Assembly (NCBI GenBank): GCA_020536535.1
Contig: JAHLWZ010000808.1
Coordinates: 1-64,000 of the forward strand
Source of the DNA: Pelomyxa schiedti
Lineage: Eukaryota > Protista > Evosea
DNA length: 64,000 bases
Direction of reading: 5' to 3'
The notes beneath the pieces were generated by a model, which did not search any database, was not told where the DNA came from, and worked only from the letters and a program-made list of their open reading frames with translations. This document shows positions 10,980 through 24,555 of this stretch, in pieces. The position numbers were made by a program, and so were the translations under genes. The number at the start of each line of letters is the position of its first letter. Positions within the stretch are counted from its first letter, which is position 1.

Positions 10980-13900
10980 TCAGTGGTTCAATTGCTGGAA
11001 AGCACATTGCACTGCATCACAACACTCACGTAATGCCTGCCTTTTGTCCAGTGAAGCTTCTTCCACAATCTGCACTAAGTTGTCCACAAAGTCACCTACG
11101 TTTTCCAAGCACTCCTTCTCAAACTTCTGTGCTGAGTCACGGCTACAGCAGTCAGCATGTTGACGCAGCAACGGTGCCGAATCAGCTGCAATAGTACCGG
11201 CAGTCGTGGAATCAACATCAATCGGATTCAGAGTTGTAGCTGGAAGTGGAATCGGGAGAGGACTTGCAACTGGACTTGATTGTTGTGTGGTGGGGGTGAT
11301 GGCGGCTGGCTTGGGATCGGAATCTATGGTAGTCTGGTGGAGGGAATTGCATAGGTCTACAAATAGTACTACGAGGTCGGAGCAAATCGCCGCGGGAACC
11401 TTGCTTTGCATCAGAGTCTCGAGGAGCGTGCTTAAGCTGTCCAGCATTGTAGCCAGTGAAAACCTGGAGCAGGGCTGCGGTGCGGACACTGCTGCGGATT
11501 CCGGCGTGGTCTTGTTGTTTCCGCCAGTAGACGTGGCGATGGCGATAGTGTCCCTGCCCAAGAGTACGAGGTTTGTGGCGAGAGCTGACATGTCAAATAT
11601 GTTACCTCCTTCACGTGGTTCCTGCACAGTGGTGGAGCGCAATCCGGCTAGCATGCGGGCCAAGGGCTGCTCACACAGCAGGGCAGTGCAGTGGGCTATG
11701 AAGCTGAAGGTGCAAGAGTGCAGGATACCAGTACAAGCTTGCTGAGGGTGAATGAATTCCTGCTGGAGCCACGGGAATTGGTCACCAACAATGAGTCCCT
11801 TCTTTACAATCTCCTCAAGGAAAAGCACAACAGAAGTGAACTCAGACTCAGTCAATAACGGTATAACAGAGCCAAGAGAAAGTGTCAGAGCTTGAGTGAG
11901 ATGACTGGGTTCCTGCATCCTCTCAAAGAACTTGAAGGTTGACTGTTTGGAGGATGGAGTTGGTTCCTTTACTTTATGTGTCACACATCTCGCAGAAAGT
12001 CGGCGAGCAAGGAAAGTTGAAAAATCAGATGAAAGAGAGCACGAATCGAGAAGCTGAATAAAGTGTGCAACTGCACCATTTGCTGAGGAACACGCAAAAT
12101 CACGGTTATCAGAGGAGCAAAGAGCTGTAGTGAGGAGTGGGGAGGAGGGTCCTAAGACAATTTCGTCAGGTGGCGTTCCTTGTGCGAGATTAATTCTGAG
12201 ATATGATCGCCATCCAATGCGCGTTTGTACTGTATTCGAAACCTCATCGATGACGGAAGGAATGCAAGTCTGAAAATGTCCAACAAGAGACCAAAGAAGC
12301 CTATTTGCTTGCGAGCGTGGCGTGTTCCACAGAGGAAATATGATACTATGCGTTTCGGTATCAATCTTTAGTAGATAGAGGAGTAGGGCTGTTAAGGTCT
12401 CTATATCGTCCTTCAGCCACTCACATTTAATTGCCTGAACTTCATTCCCCTGGAGAAGTAGTGCTTCAATAATTCGAAGAGCAGTAGTGTGTGATGCACA
12501 AGTGACCCTTGGTTTAATCTGAAACTTCAAAAGACCGGACACAAGTTGACGTGCAAGTGTTGGCCCGAATTTTTCAGCCGCTTTGATACACAAGTCCACG
12601 TAGCTACTCATATGTGAAAGGGGTGTATGCACTGTGAAGCTACCGAGAATAGAGAGGATGTTGTTTATCAAAACGAAACCAGAGTCATCTTGGATGCATT
12701 GCAACCCAACGCAATCAATTAAATCAAGGAGAAGAGATATGTGCCCAGGGTTCAAGCATGCATGTTTCACGATCATGCCTACCACAATAATAGGAGTACA
12801 AAGTGTAGAAGTTCTTAGTTGTGAAATGATTGTGCCGTCTGTAACTGAGGTAGATACCAAATGATTTAGAACAGAGATCATCTGGGCTTGTGAGTTGAAC
12901 TGTGAAATGTCTTGTATTGAATTGTTTGAAGAAGAGAGAGCGGCAAAGAGGTATCCTCTTGGATCATTGTGGGTACGTTGCCATATACGCTGCAACAGGG
13001 AAGAAAAGTTTGACTGGGAGAGGGTTTGACTCCAGGAAAGGCACTTTAGAAGTATCTGAAGTGTGGGCAAACAAGTAGTAGTGGTATGCAGCACAAGAAG
13101 GTCCTCAAAAAGGAGATCCATTAAAGAGCTATCCAGGGGCGATGCGTGATTTGTTGTATTTGATTGGGCCTGTATCAGATCCAGTAGAACGTTCACGACT
13201 TCACACCAACTCGTCCCACCATTTCGAGGGATGTGTCTTAGCAAAGCCCCAAGACATTGGCTCGGAGTCAAGAAAGGGGGCATTGGAGTATCAGTAAGCG
13301 AAGTTGCTTGCAGGAATGCCTCATATACAACATTAATGTCACAGGTGTGATGCATATTTAGCAGTGCTACACTGATAGAGCTTTCTTTTGCGGGATTCCT
13401 TTCTTGTAATACATATGATGAACCAAGGAGAACCTTTGTGGTGTCACTTTGTTGCGCCTCAAGACCTATAGTCAACGATGAAGCTATACTAGACGCACTA
13501 TTCAGCATGCTCTTTCGCTCAGATTCTGATAGGCATTCACCATTGCAGTGTTGGTTAACACACTCAAATGAATGACAGCTTCCCAAGTCAGATAGATACT
13601 GTCGCAGGACGAGTTCAGCTATATCGGACTTTATTTTACCAGTGCACATCACATTGCAAAACTGTTCAGCAATTCTGGGACCAAACCGAGGGGCAAAAAA
13701 GGCAGCAAATAAATCGAAAAGAATATCAGGAGGAGGTGCAGCAGCAATAAGTTCCGATACAATTTGCACCATATCCTACACCGGAAGTTAATACAGGAAA
13801 AGTTGAGCTATCGGGTCTGCCGCGAGTCCCAAAATGGCAGGACAACAACCAACCTTAGAGGGAATTGCGTTCAGGCACAAAACGAGGTGATGAGACAGCT

Positions 13901-14825
13901 GCAGGCAGTCCACGCAGCCCAGCAGCCCCCTCGCGTCGATCCGCCACATCCCCGGGTTTAGCAAAACCAACTCGCGGGGTGGGAATTCGCCCCCGCACCA
14001 CCACTCCCCCCCGCTCCCGTTGCACTCGGCAGGCGTCCCCATGCCCCCGGGAGAGGGGTCCCACTGCCTCGCCAAGAACTCCTCCACCGCCGCCTTTCCG
14101 CCGCCCCCGCCCCCATAAAAGGGTCCCTCTTCCCCCACAGAGCCATAGCCAGGACCACAATTGGCACCAGGAGCAGCGGCCGTGGGGCGATCAGGGAAGA
14201 ACAGATGGGGCTTCCACGAGGCCAACAGGTGGGACAGCGCGCACGCCATCCCGACGCCTGCTGCGCCCGGCTGCCGCTGGGCCGGGCCCAGTCTGGCTAT
14301 GATCTCTGCCCCAACCTCGGCTGCCACCAGCTGCCTCGCCCTGTCGCCGCCGCCGCCGGGCGCCGCGGCCTCCCCCTGGTATCCCTGGGAGGGCGACGCC
14401 GAGGCCATGGCTCGGCAGTAGGCGTCGGCGACGTCCGCGGAAATGCGCCGGCACGAGTCGGGGGAGGAAGTTGCGGAGGGGGACGGCGCCGCCGCAGCGT
14501 CGGCGTGGCGCCTGCCTCGGACATAGAGCGAAAGCTGTGCCCGTACCTGCTCTGGCAAACCCCCTCCCCCTTCGGTTGCTGTAGCCTGTGGTTGCTGCTG
14601 TTGGCAAGCATTCGAGGCAAAACTGCTAGCAGACGGAGACGAACTTCCTCCCAGGATCTTGAGAGACCCCAGGGCGTTGGAATAGGCCGCGGCAACATCG
14701 AATCCTCCTCCTCGGGTGGTGACGGGCGCCCCTCGTGGTCGCCCGCGCTGGTGGCGCTGTCCCATAATCAGTCCTCGCCCCGGAGTCCTCCCTCGACGTG
14801 CACCCGGCTCGCATGACCGCAACAT
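10980..14825 (-). CDS. Large uncharacterised, probably alpha-helical protein (about 1,250 aa; two exons)
   Basis: 930-codon ORF 10980-13772 can be joined in phase 0 (PSK|DMVQIV) to the GC-rich ORF 13788-14834 through a GT-AG intron. Leu-rich helical composition; no family motif recognised; start codon uncertain (14825 or 14765). Confidence 0.65.
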
Positions 14826-14939
14826 CACGCCCAAACTCGCAATTCGTTCCGTAACTATTGATGTTTTGTGGGAGAAAATTCAGAAAGGGTAATGTAGGTA
14901 TTAAATTATAACACAGGGGGGTTTGTTTGCGTGCTTGCA

Positions 14940-16775
<1,836 letters not shown>

Positions 16776-17003
16776 ACTTAAATTAAAAAAAAAAACAAAG
16801 GAATATTAACGGGCCTGGCAGGCACCAACACCCACGGCACAAATCGTGGTTTTTTTTGTTTTTGTTGTTCCTTTTTTTCCTTGCCCGTTTGCGGAATAAC
16901 GGAAACCGGTTCAATCAAAATATATGTTTTGCCTAATGGAGATGAAGAAACTTGTGTTCGTGGCGTTTTGCAAGGAGGAAAAAGTTCTTTTCCCCTCGTT
17001 TGC

Positions 17004-17388
17004 TCTGCCCCTTTGCATCTACGCCGTTGCAGACAAGGGACACTCTGGTTGGTCTAACGAGGAATCTCTGTGCGTTCTCTCATAAGTCGATCTTCACCAA
17101 TTCAGCCAGTGTGGTTCGGAGAGACAATCCCCGAACCAACTTGGGGGAACGGCTTGTGAAGGAGAGGGGGAGAGAGTGGGCGCCTCCCTTCCCGCCCTCC
17201 GCTCTCCCCCCTTGTCGATTTCGGTGCACGTGCAGAAGCAAGTTTGTGAAGGCAACTTGTTTTTAGTCAAAAAGTGCACTGAGAGGGACGAATTGGGTAA
17301 GGGCAAGCACCGAGTGAGAGTATCTGAGACAGATGATTATGTGGTTGATCTTGCCGAGGGTGCTGCACAGGCCAGAAAAGTAGTCAGA
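17004..17388 (+). ncRNA. Candidate structured RNA with RNase P-like topology (unconfirmed)
   Basis: Several nested inverted repeats, plus a CR-I-like GGAATCTCTGTG (17061-17072) able to pair with GCACAGG (17365-17371). The CR-V consensus is poorly matched and the strand is uncertain. Confidence 0.25.
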
Positions 17389-17496
17389 TAAAAAAAAATT
17401 CACAATAGGAAAACGGAGAAAAGGAAAAAAAATACAATAAAAAAAGGCGACACCAAGGAGTGCTACGGCTTAGTGTATTAAAACACCCACACGACA

Positions 17497-18829
17497 ATGG
17501 AAAAATACGCAAAAATTGAGACACTAGGAGAGGGGACCTACGGTAGAGTTTTTTTTTTCCTCGTTTAAAAAAAAAAAAAGATGTGGGGAGTAACATGTGC
17601 CACTTTTTTATTCTTAAGGTATTGTGTACAAGGCCCGAAACAAAGAGACCAACGAACTCGTTGCTCTTAAGCGTATTCGTTTGGATAGTGTGGATGAGGG
17701 TGTTCCATGTACCGCAATTCGTGAAATATCTCTTCTAAAAGAATTGAGGCATCCTTCAATTGTCAGGTATATTGGAGCTCGATTGGTCCCTTCTCTGAAT
17801 TACTGATTCTTTTTTTTTTTTTTCCCCTTAAACCAACAAAGACTGTTTGATGTAATATATACAGAGAAGAAGCTCACCCTTGTTTTTGAGTACCTTGACC
17901 AAGACTTAAAGAAGCACATGGATGAATGTGGTGGGGCACTCCCTCCTCAGAAGATCAAAGCATTTTTGTATCAACTGTTAAGAGGAATTGCTGTTTGTCA
18001 CGAAAGGAGAGTTCTGCACAGGTATACAGTAGCAAATTTGTTCCGTTTGTCCAATAAGCCATGTAGGGACCTTAAACCTCAAAATTTGCTCCTCAACAAG
18101 GTTTTTTCCTTGAGCGGTTGCTTGTAATACTGAGATGCTTGTAGAGAGGAGATTTGAAACTGGCAGACTTTGGTCTTGCCCGAGCCTTTGGTATCCCTGT
18201 CCGTAGTTTCTCCCACGAAGTTGTCACCTTGTGGTACCGTGCACCTGATATCTTAATGGGGTCTAGCAAATATGGTACTCCCATTGATCTGTGGAGTGCT
18301 GGATGCATTTTTGCTGGTAAAATTCTCGGTGTTATCTTCTCCTTAACTCACTTATGCAAAAGAGATGGCAAATGGAAGACCACTGTTCCCTGGGGCCAAT
18401 ACCCAAGACCAACTGTTGCGAATCTTCAAGTATTTACCACTCATTCGCTACTTTATAACGTTGCTAAACAAAAAAAAAAAAAAAAGGATAATGGGAACCC
18501 CCAACCCCACAATATGGCCCACAATCGTCGAGCTTCCAGAGTACCGAGTATAACCACCTTCCTCACGGAATTTTCTCTTTCACTAACGTACTCCACAGCC
18601 TGATTTCCCTGTTTTCCCACCTAGACACCTTGCAGAGATTGTACCAACCATGGATCCCCGCGGTCTCCAGCTTCTTACAGTGTGTAGTACTGAAATTAAC
18701 TTCGCACCCCTAACAACAATACACAAGGACCTTCTACACTACGACCCTACTCAGCGCATCACAGCACAAGCTGCACTTGTACATAGTTACTTTGCCGACC
18801 TGGACAAGAACAAGTTCAACGGCGTTTAA
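17497..18829 (+). CDS. cdk5: Cyclin-dependent kinase, CDK5/Pho85 (PCTAIRE) type
   Basis: [15 protein letters not shown]|GIVYKA...[18 protein letters not shown]...H|RDLKPQN...[11 protein letters not shown]...[10 protein letters not shown]; nine exons reconstructed in frame. Confidence 0.95.
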
Positions 18830-19079
18830 TCAATCGAACTACCACTTCAAATAATCAACTCGTACATTTCCTTTTTTTTACGTTCCCGCCGTTTTCTTCC
18901 GAAACCTAGGACTTCGAGTCTCTTCCAGAACTTTCCCACTTAACGTAATGCTCGATTACGATCACGAAACTCAGGACCAAAAAGAAAGGGACAAAAGTTT
19001 TTGTGGCAATCTACCAATTTTAATACAACAAAAAAAAAAAAAAACACAAAAAAATTACGTTGTTCCTTGACCCTGAGCG

Positions 19080-21566
19080 ATGACAACCAAGGTCGACACG
19101 TCGTCAGCGTTCGACGTAGTCGAGGAGTTTTCAACTACGCCGGTGCCGTTCCCGTCGTTGCCGTCGCCGCCGCAGCAGCGCCGCCGGGCCGAGCACTCGC
19201 CGCTCCACAGGCAGTACAACTTCGTCGTGGCCGGCGGCAGCTCGCCCTCGCCTTCGCCGTCGCGGCCGATCCCGATCTCGTCGTCTTCGGGCTCGTCGCT
19301 CCGCTCGTCGTCGTCCACGTCGCCCGGCTGCACCACGCCGATGCCGACGCAAACGCCGACGCCGATGATCCCCGCGACGCCGATGCGCGGCGGCTTCGGC
19401 ATCGGCGGCGAGGCGTTCGGGGCGAGCCCGCCGGGGGCCGCGACGGGCGCGTTCCTGCCGGAAATGGGAACCAGCCCGGGGTCTTACGTCACAAACATCA
19501 ACGCCATGGGGGGTGACATGAACGCAGGGGAATTGGGTATGGAGGGCCTGGGGTATGACGGGAGATCTGGGGACCAGAACCCGCAGGAAAACCAGTACGG
19601 CGGAGAGGACGAAGGCCGCGACGGGGAAGGACCAGACGGAGATGGAGATGGGATTTCGCAACAGCGAGAGCAAGATCTCGGTGTTGGAGACGAGGGTGAT
19701 AGCATTGATATTGGAAATGACAATGACAATGACAGGGGCGAGAGTTTGTTGACGAGCGAGACGGGCGCGGTCTTGACCAACGTGGAATTCTCTGAGGAAA
19801 ACTATGACCAGGGCGCGGCGGTGTTTACTACCGAGAAGAAGTCGAGGAAAAGTGCGGAGCTGCGCCGCGGCGTTGAAATGGAGACTATGTCGCTCCCACT
19901 TGTTTCTGACAGCGGGTCAATTGATGTGGAGAGGGGCGGAGAAAGTACGCAGGGGAGGAGAAGTATCAGTAGCGAACGGCCACCTGCTTTTGCCAGAATG
20001 AAGAGCCACAAAGCTCGAGTATTCACAGTGGTAGTTTTTGGAATCATCTCTTTATGCACGGACATTGTAACCGATGCAGGAAGGGGTGTAGTGGGGCAAT
20101 TCTTGACTTTGCTATCAGCATCACCCACTGAAATTGGAATTACTGCTGGTTGCAGCCAATTTGCAGGCTATGCAACTCGCGCTTTGTGTGCTTTTGTAGC
20201 CGATAAAACGAGGCAACACTGGTGGTTTGTGGCATTGGGATATGCTCTACTAGCTGGTGTGGCCCTTCTTGGCTTGTCCCCCGGATGGATGGTATTTTTT
20301 CGACGTCTTTCAAAATGGACTTACATTTTTTAGGTTGTCTTCATACTCCTTATCATTGAAAGAACTGGAAAAGCAATTAGAGGACCCAGCAAAGAGACTA
20401 TTTCCAAGGTATCACAGCTCATCTACTTCTAGTATACTATATATTCGTAATGTGTGCTTTATATTTATAAGAAGTACAGCAATCAAACTCTGTGGATAGT
20501 GGGATAGTTTACGGGGCTCGTGAGGCATTAGATAGAGTAGGCTCATTTTTTGGACCAATGCTCTTCGTACTTATATTGTGTGTGCGCTGTGATATTGACA
20601 AAGATCCCGACAGTGGTATGCGCCAACCAACCCTATCCAGTCTACTGACTTTTTTCAGATTATTGCAGCATTAAGGCTTACAGAATGGGATTTCTCCTCA
20701 TGTTTATCCCTATAGGAGTAATCTTTGTCTGCATTATCGTAGCTAGAATTGTGATGGGAGCACACCCCGAGCGTTCCAACTCACCAACACCTCCATCAAC
20801 TTCCACTCGAACAAATTCTCCTACTACATCTGACTCCACCACACCCACATCTGGTACTACCGTGGAAACACCTGTTGCCGTCGAGGGTACCTTCCGCAGA
20901 ATCACTGCATACTGCAAAGCCCTTGGGCCATTCTTCTGGCTATACACCACCTTCACATTTTTGAGCAGCTGCGGCTTCATTGGTTTCCCACTGATTGCTC
21001 ACCATACCCTCATCAACAACCTCGTTCCGGAACAATTTATTCCTGCTCTCTTTGCTGGTGCTATGGTTGTAGAAGGCCTAACTGCACTACTTATTGGCTT
21101 GGTGTGGGAGCGAATGGGCTTCACAGTTCTCTCCACCATACCTATATTCACACTGCCTCTTCCTTTCATGATATTTTCAACAAGCCTACCACTTCTGCTG
21201 ATTGGAGTTGGACTCTGGGCTGTTGCACTGAGCGTGAGAGAAACTACACTACGTGCAGCAGTAGCTGACCTCACTAATATTGTACAGCATGGCCCAGGCT
21301 ATGGTGTTTACGAAATAGCCTACGGTACAGGTCTCATGGTAGCACTGGTTGTGGCTGGCGTTTTGTATGGTGGAGATAAGCAAGTGTGGCTATACTTTCT
21401 GGTGGGAGTGGTGGAAGTGGCAGCTTTTATTGTCTGGGTTGTGATGCAAGTGAAGCTTGGACTTCCCAAAGGGCTCTTTGCGCCATGTTGCCACAAGCGT
21501 GTTGTAGAAGGAGACTCCTATGACACCCCAGGTACAGCAACAACAGACAGCTCAACCCATGAGTAG
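19080..21566 (+). CDS. Major facilitator superfamily transporter of prokaryotic MJ1317-like type, with a long disordered N-terminal extension
   Basis: FGIISLCTDIVTDAGRGVVGQFLTLLSAS..IGITAG..QFAGYATR...ADKTRQHW, IIERTGKAIRGP, YGAREALDRVGSFFGP and ETTLRAAVADL...GPGYGVYE match that family. About 12 hydrophobic segments; short introns present. Confidence 0.8.
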
Positions 21567-21735
21567 TAACACAATGGTTGTAAAAAAAAACAGTACAAAA
21601 TTTCCACATTTTTGAAGAATCTGTCCTCTTTCACTACATTACAAGCCACATCAGGAAACGGTGTGTCTGTCTTGCTTGTGTGGGTCCCACAAAAAGGTCC
21701 ATTGTTGATTTAGAACAGTATGACTTGCAACAACT

Positions 21736-23939
21736 CTAAATCCAATCATCATCGTCTCTGGGATGTATACCAAGCCAGATGAGAGTCTCGTCAGGTAACT
21801 CGGAAGAGAACCAGGGAGACTGAGCAACATGCTTGCACATTTCAGCCTTGGTGATTGTGGGGAACTTGGACATGACGAACTTTGCTGTGATTGGCGAGCT
21901 CAAGGCCATGCCAAGCAAGTGCTCTCTGACAGTGTCTGCTGTGAGTCCGGGATAGTGCCTCAGAAGCAACTTCCACGTTTCGAGGTTGGCGCTGTGCGCG
22001 GAGGAGGAACTGGCCCAGCGGCTCACCATCGTCATCATCTATTTAAAGTGGAATGAGGGAGGAGTTTTTTGATTTAAATACGAATTACCTCTTGGGAGGT
22101 AACTCCAAAGGATCTGATGATCCAATCGGCCATGCCGTTCTTCCCCACTTTGAGCCTGTTGAATAGCAGCTCGTTGCTGTTTGCCTTGACTTGATCACTT
22201 CCCAGGTCATACTCGCAGATTGCCCATTTCATAATCTTGCTGGAATGTATTATCCCTTGTGTCATAAGCTTTGCTATCAACTCTTTTGAGAAGATGTCCT
22301 TCCCAAGCAAGGAAATCAACCTCTTGACTTCGGCCGGGCTTGTCACTAAAATGGACAATCTGCTTTCTCTTTCTCTAACTGATGTCCAATCGTACTTGAT
22401 GGCATTGATGTGGAACATCTCCAGCAAATACACGGAGAGCTGAATGAATGGGGATTTCTGGATGGATTCTACGATCACAGCCTCTGGAATAAGATGCAAG
22501 GGAACATGTTGAAGAAACCACTCGACACCTTTGATGCAACCAAGAAATGAGTGGCTGCACACTTCCACCACGGCACAGCTTATTGTTTCGCTGTCAGATT
22601 TGACTTCATCCATGATGTGAAACGAATCCTCCAGCCATTCCGCAATTTGCATGTTGTTGCATTCCAATGCACGGAACAATGCTTTCCTGAGTTGTTCCCG
22701 AGAGAGTGCAGGCAACTTATTTGCAATCCACTTCACAACTGAAAGGGTACCTTTTCTATTTCCACACATCTGCAAGAAGAGCTCGACCGAGGTAGGCAGG
22801 CGCTGTTCTTCCAGTGCCCATTGAATGAGTGATGGGTGGGCCATGTACAAGGTACTTGAGCTTTCCAAATTTACCTGAAAATTGGCAGCAACCCACCTCA
22901 GAAACGTTGGGCTCCCTGACAGTTGTGGACCGTCTACTTTGGTAAGAAAGAACGTTCTCTTAGCCCACGCACACAGCGCGATAATCTCAGATTCGCTTTT
23001 CCCTCTCACTGTCTTAGACGAGAGGATGTCGGTTATCAAGCACATGTTGCCGTTAATTGCACCCGGGAACCTGCCCACAAACCACTCCGAGAATTCCACG
23101 CTGTACTGGAGCGCGTCGCTGGGTTCGCCCACGCGCCGCAGCGACTCCGAGCTTATCAGGAACTCCCCACTCAGCCACCTAACCACGTCCAAGTGGCCCT
23201 CCTCCAGCGCCTCCGCAAGGGGCCGCGCCACCTCCCACTCCTCCGCGACCCCGAGCCTCCGCACGAGCCACCGGGCGGTCTCCAGGTGCCCGTGGCGGCA
23301 CGCGGCGCACAGCGGCGAGCGCAGGGGGCACTCCCTGAGGTGGGACGCCATGTCCCCGTCCCGCGGCCACACCAGCCCGCAGTCCTCCCGCCACCACTCC
23401 GCCATCGCCGCCACGCTCCAGCGCCCCAGCGACGGCGTGCGGGAGTGCCGCGCAGCAACGACGCCGCGGGGCGGCACGGGGGCCTCGGTGCGGGCGTCGC
23501 CGGCGAGGGCCCGGGCGAGCGGGGTGTGGCCGCCCCCGCAGAGCCCGCGGAAGACGGCGGCGCAGACCTTGCGGGGGCTGCGGGGAGCCGGGTCGTCGGC
23601 CTGCAGCAGGCGCAGGAGGCAGCGGACGCACGAGGGGGCGCCCGCGAGCCCGGCCCAGTACAGCCGCTTGTACATGTTGGAGAAGCTGAGGCCCCCGCCT
23701 GCGCCGGCGGCGGTGAGCGAGTAGCGGCACGCGAGGGGGGCGAGGGGCCACAGGGCCTCGCCGACGAGGTGCAACCACACCGCCGTTTGATGGTCGCGCT
23801 CGACGGCGGCAAGGGGACCGTGGTCCGGTGCTGTCTTTATTGCATTGATCCATACCGGCACCACGTGGGCCCACACGACATGGGACACGTACACGGCGTG
23901 CGCGTGCTTGTTGGTGTGCTGTAGAGTCCCACCGTCCAT
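21736..23939 (-). CDS. Degenerate ankyrin-like repeat protein
   Basis: Repeated motifs CRHGHLETARWL, ALEEGHLDVVRWL, ALECNNMQIAEWL, LKVGKNGMADWII. One intron near 22080-22039 joins QE|MMTMVSRW. Probable ATG at 23939. Confidence 0.7.
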
Positions 23940-24043
23940 CTGATGCTGCGGGCTATTTATGGTCTCGGGACATCGGATCAGAGAGAGAATTGTGATGGCA
24001 AGGAAAATCAAATACAAAAAAAACCCCAAATAACGAAGCCAAG

Positions 24044-24367
24044 ATGCCGTCCGGCAACGGGAACCGCGCCAAGCAAAAGAGGGAGCGCAACCAGGCCAAG
24101 ATGGCACAGCAAACAACTGCCAAGAGTCAACTCAGAGTAAACGAGAAGGCCAAAACAATCGTGTGCAAAATATGCAAGCAAAGCTTCTTGTGTACTGCTT
24201 CCGCAACCGAGTATGCAAACACAAAAAAAAAAACCCCAAAACACACTATACACACGCAAATTATTCTCTCCCCTTTTGTGCTACGACATTAACGACAATG
24301 GCATGGCAGCCTCAACTTGCACGCGACCAACAGGCACCCCAAGTTGCCGTACTCTGATTGCTTTTGA
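24044..24367 (+). CDS. ZNF706/4F5-type small C2H2 zinc-finger protein (At2g23090-like)
   Basis: MPSGNGNRAKQKRERN...KSQLRVNEKAKTIVCKICKQSFLCTASAT|DLNLHATNRHPKLPYSDCF*; splicing at 24309 completes the C2H2 finger. Confidence 0.85.
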
Positions 24368-24555
24368 GCGTGAGATCTATTGTGTCTAGTGGTGGGAACT
24401 GCTGTCTTGAGTCACAAGCAACTTTTTTGGTGGCTTGATTTCGACCAACACAACTCCCCTGTAATGGGTTTTTCCTAACAACAACAACCAAACACATGAA
24501 TTACAAACACAACTAGGCTTTGTGCTTTTTTTTTTTTTGTCTTTTTTCTTTCTGT

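Noticed and set aside
13855-14816. Multiple overlapping Arg/Pro/Gly-rich ORFs in all frames (also at 8249-9331, 22882-23924, 50639-51545 and 55797-56408)
   Set aside because: Expected stop-codon scarcity in GC-rich 5' exons; one frame in each case explains the region.
17112-17138. GGTTCG resembling a tRNA T-loop
   Set aside because: It forms the stem of a hairpin, with no cloverleaf, D-arm or acceptor stem.
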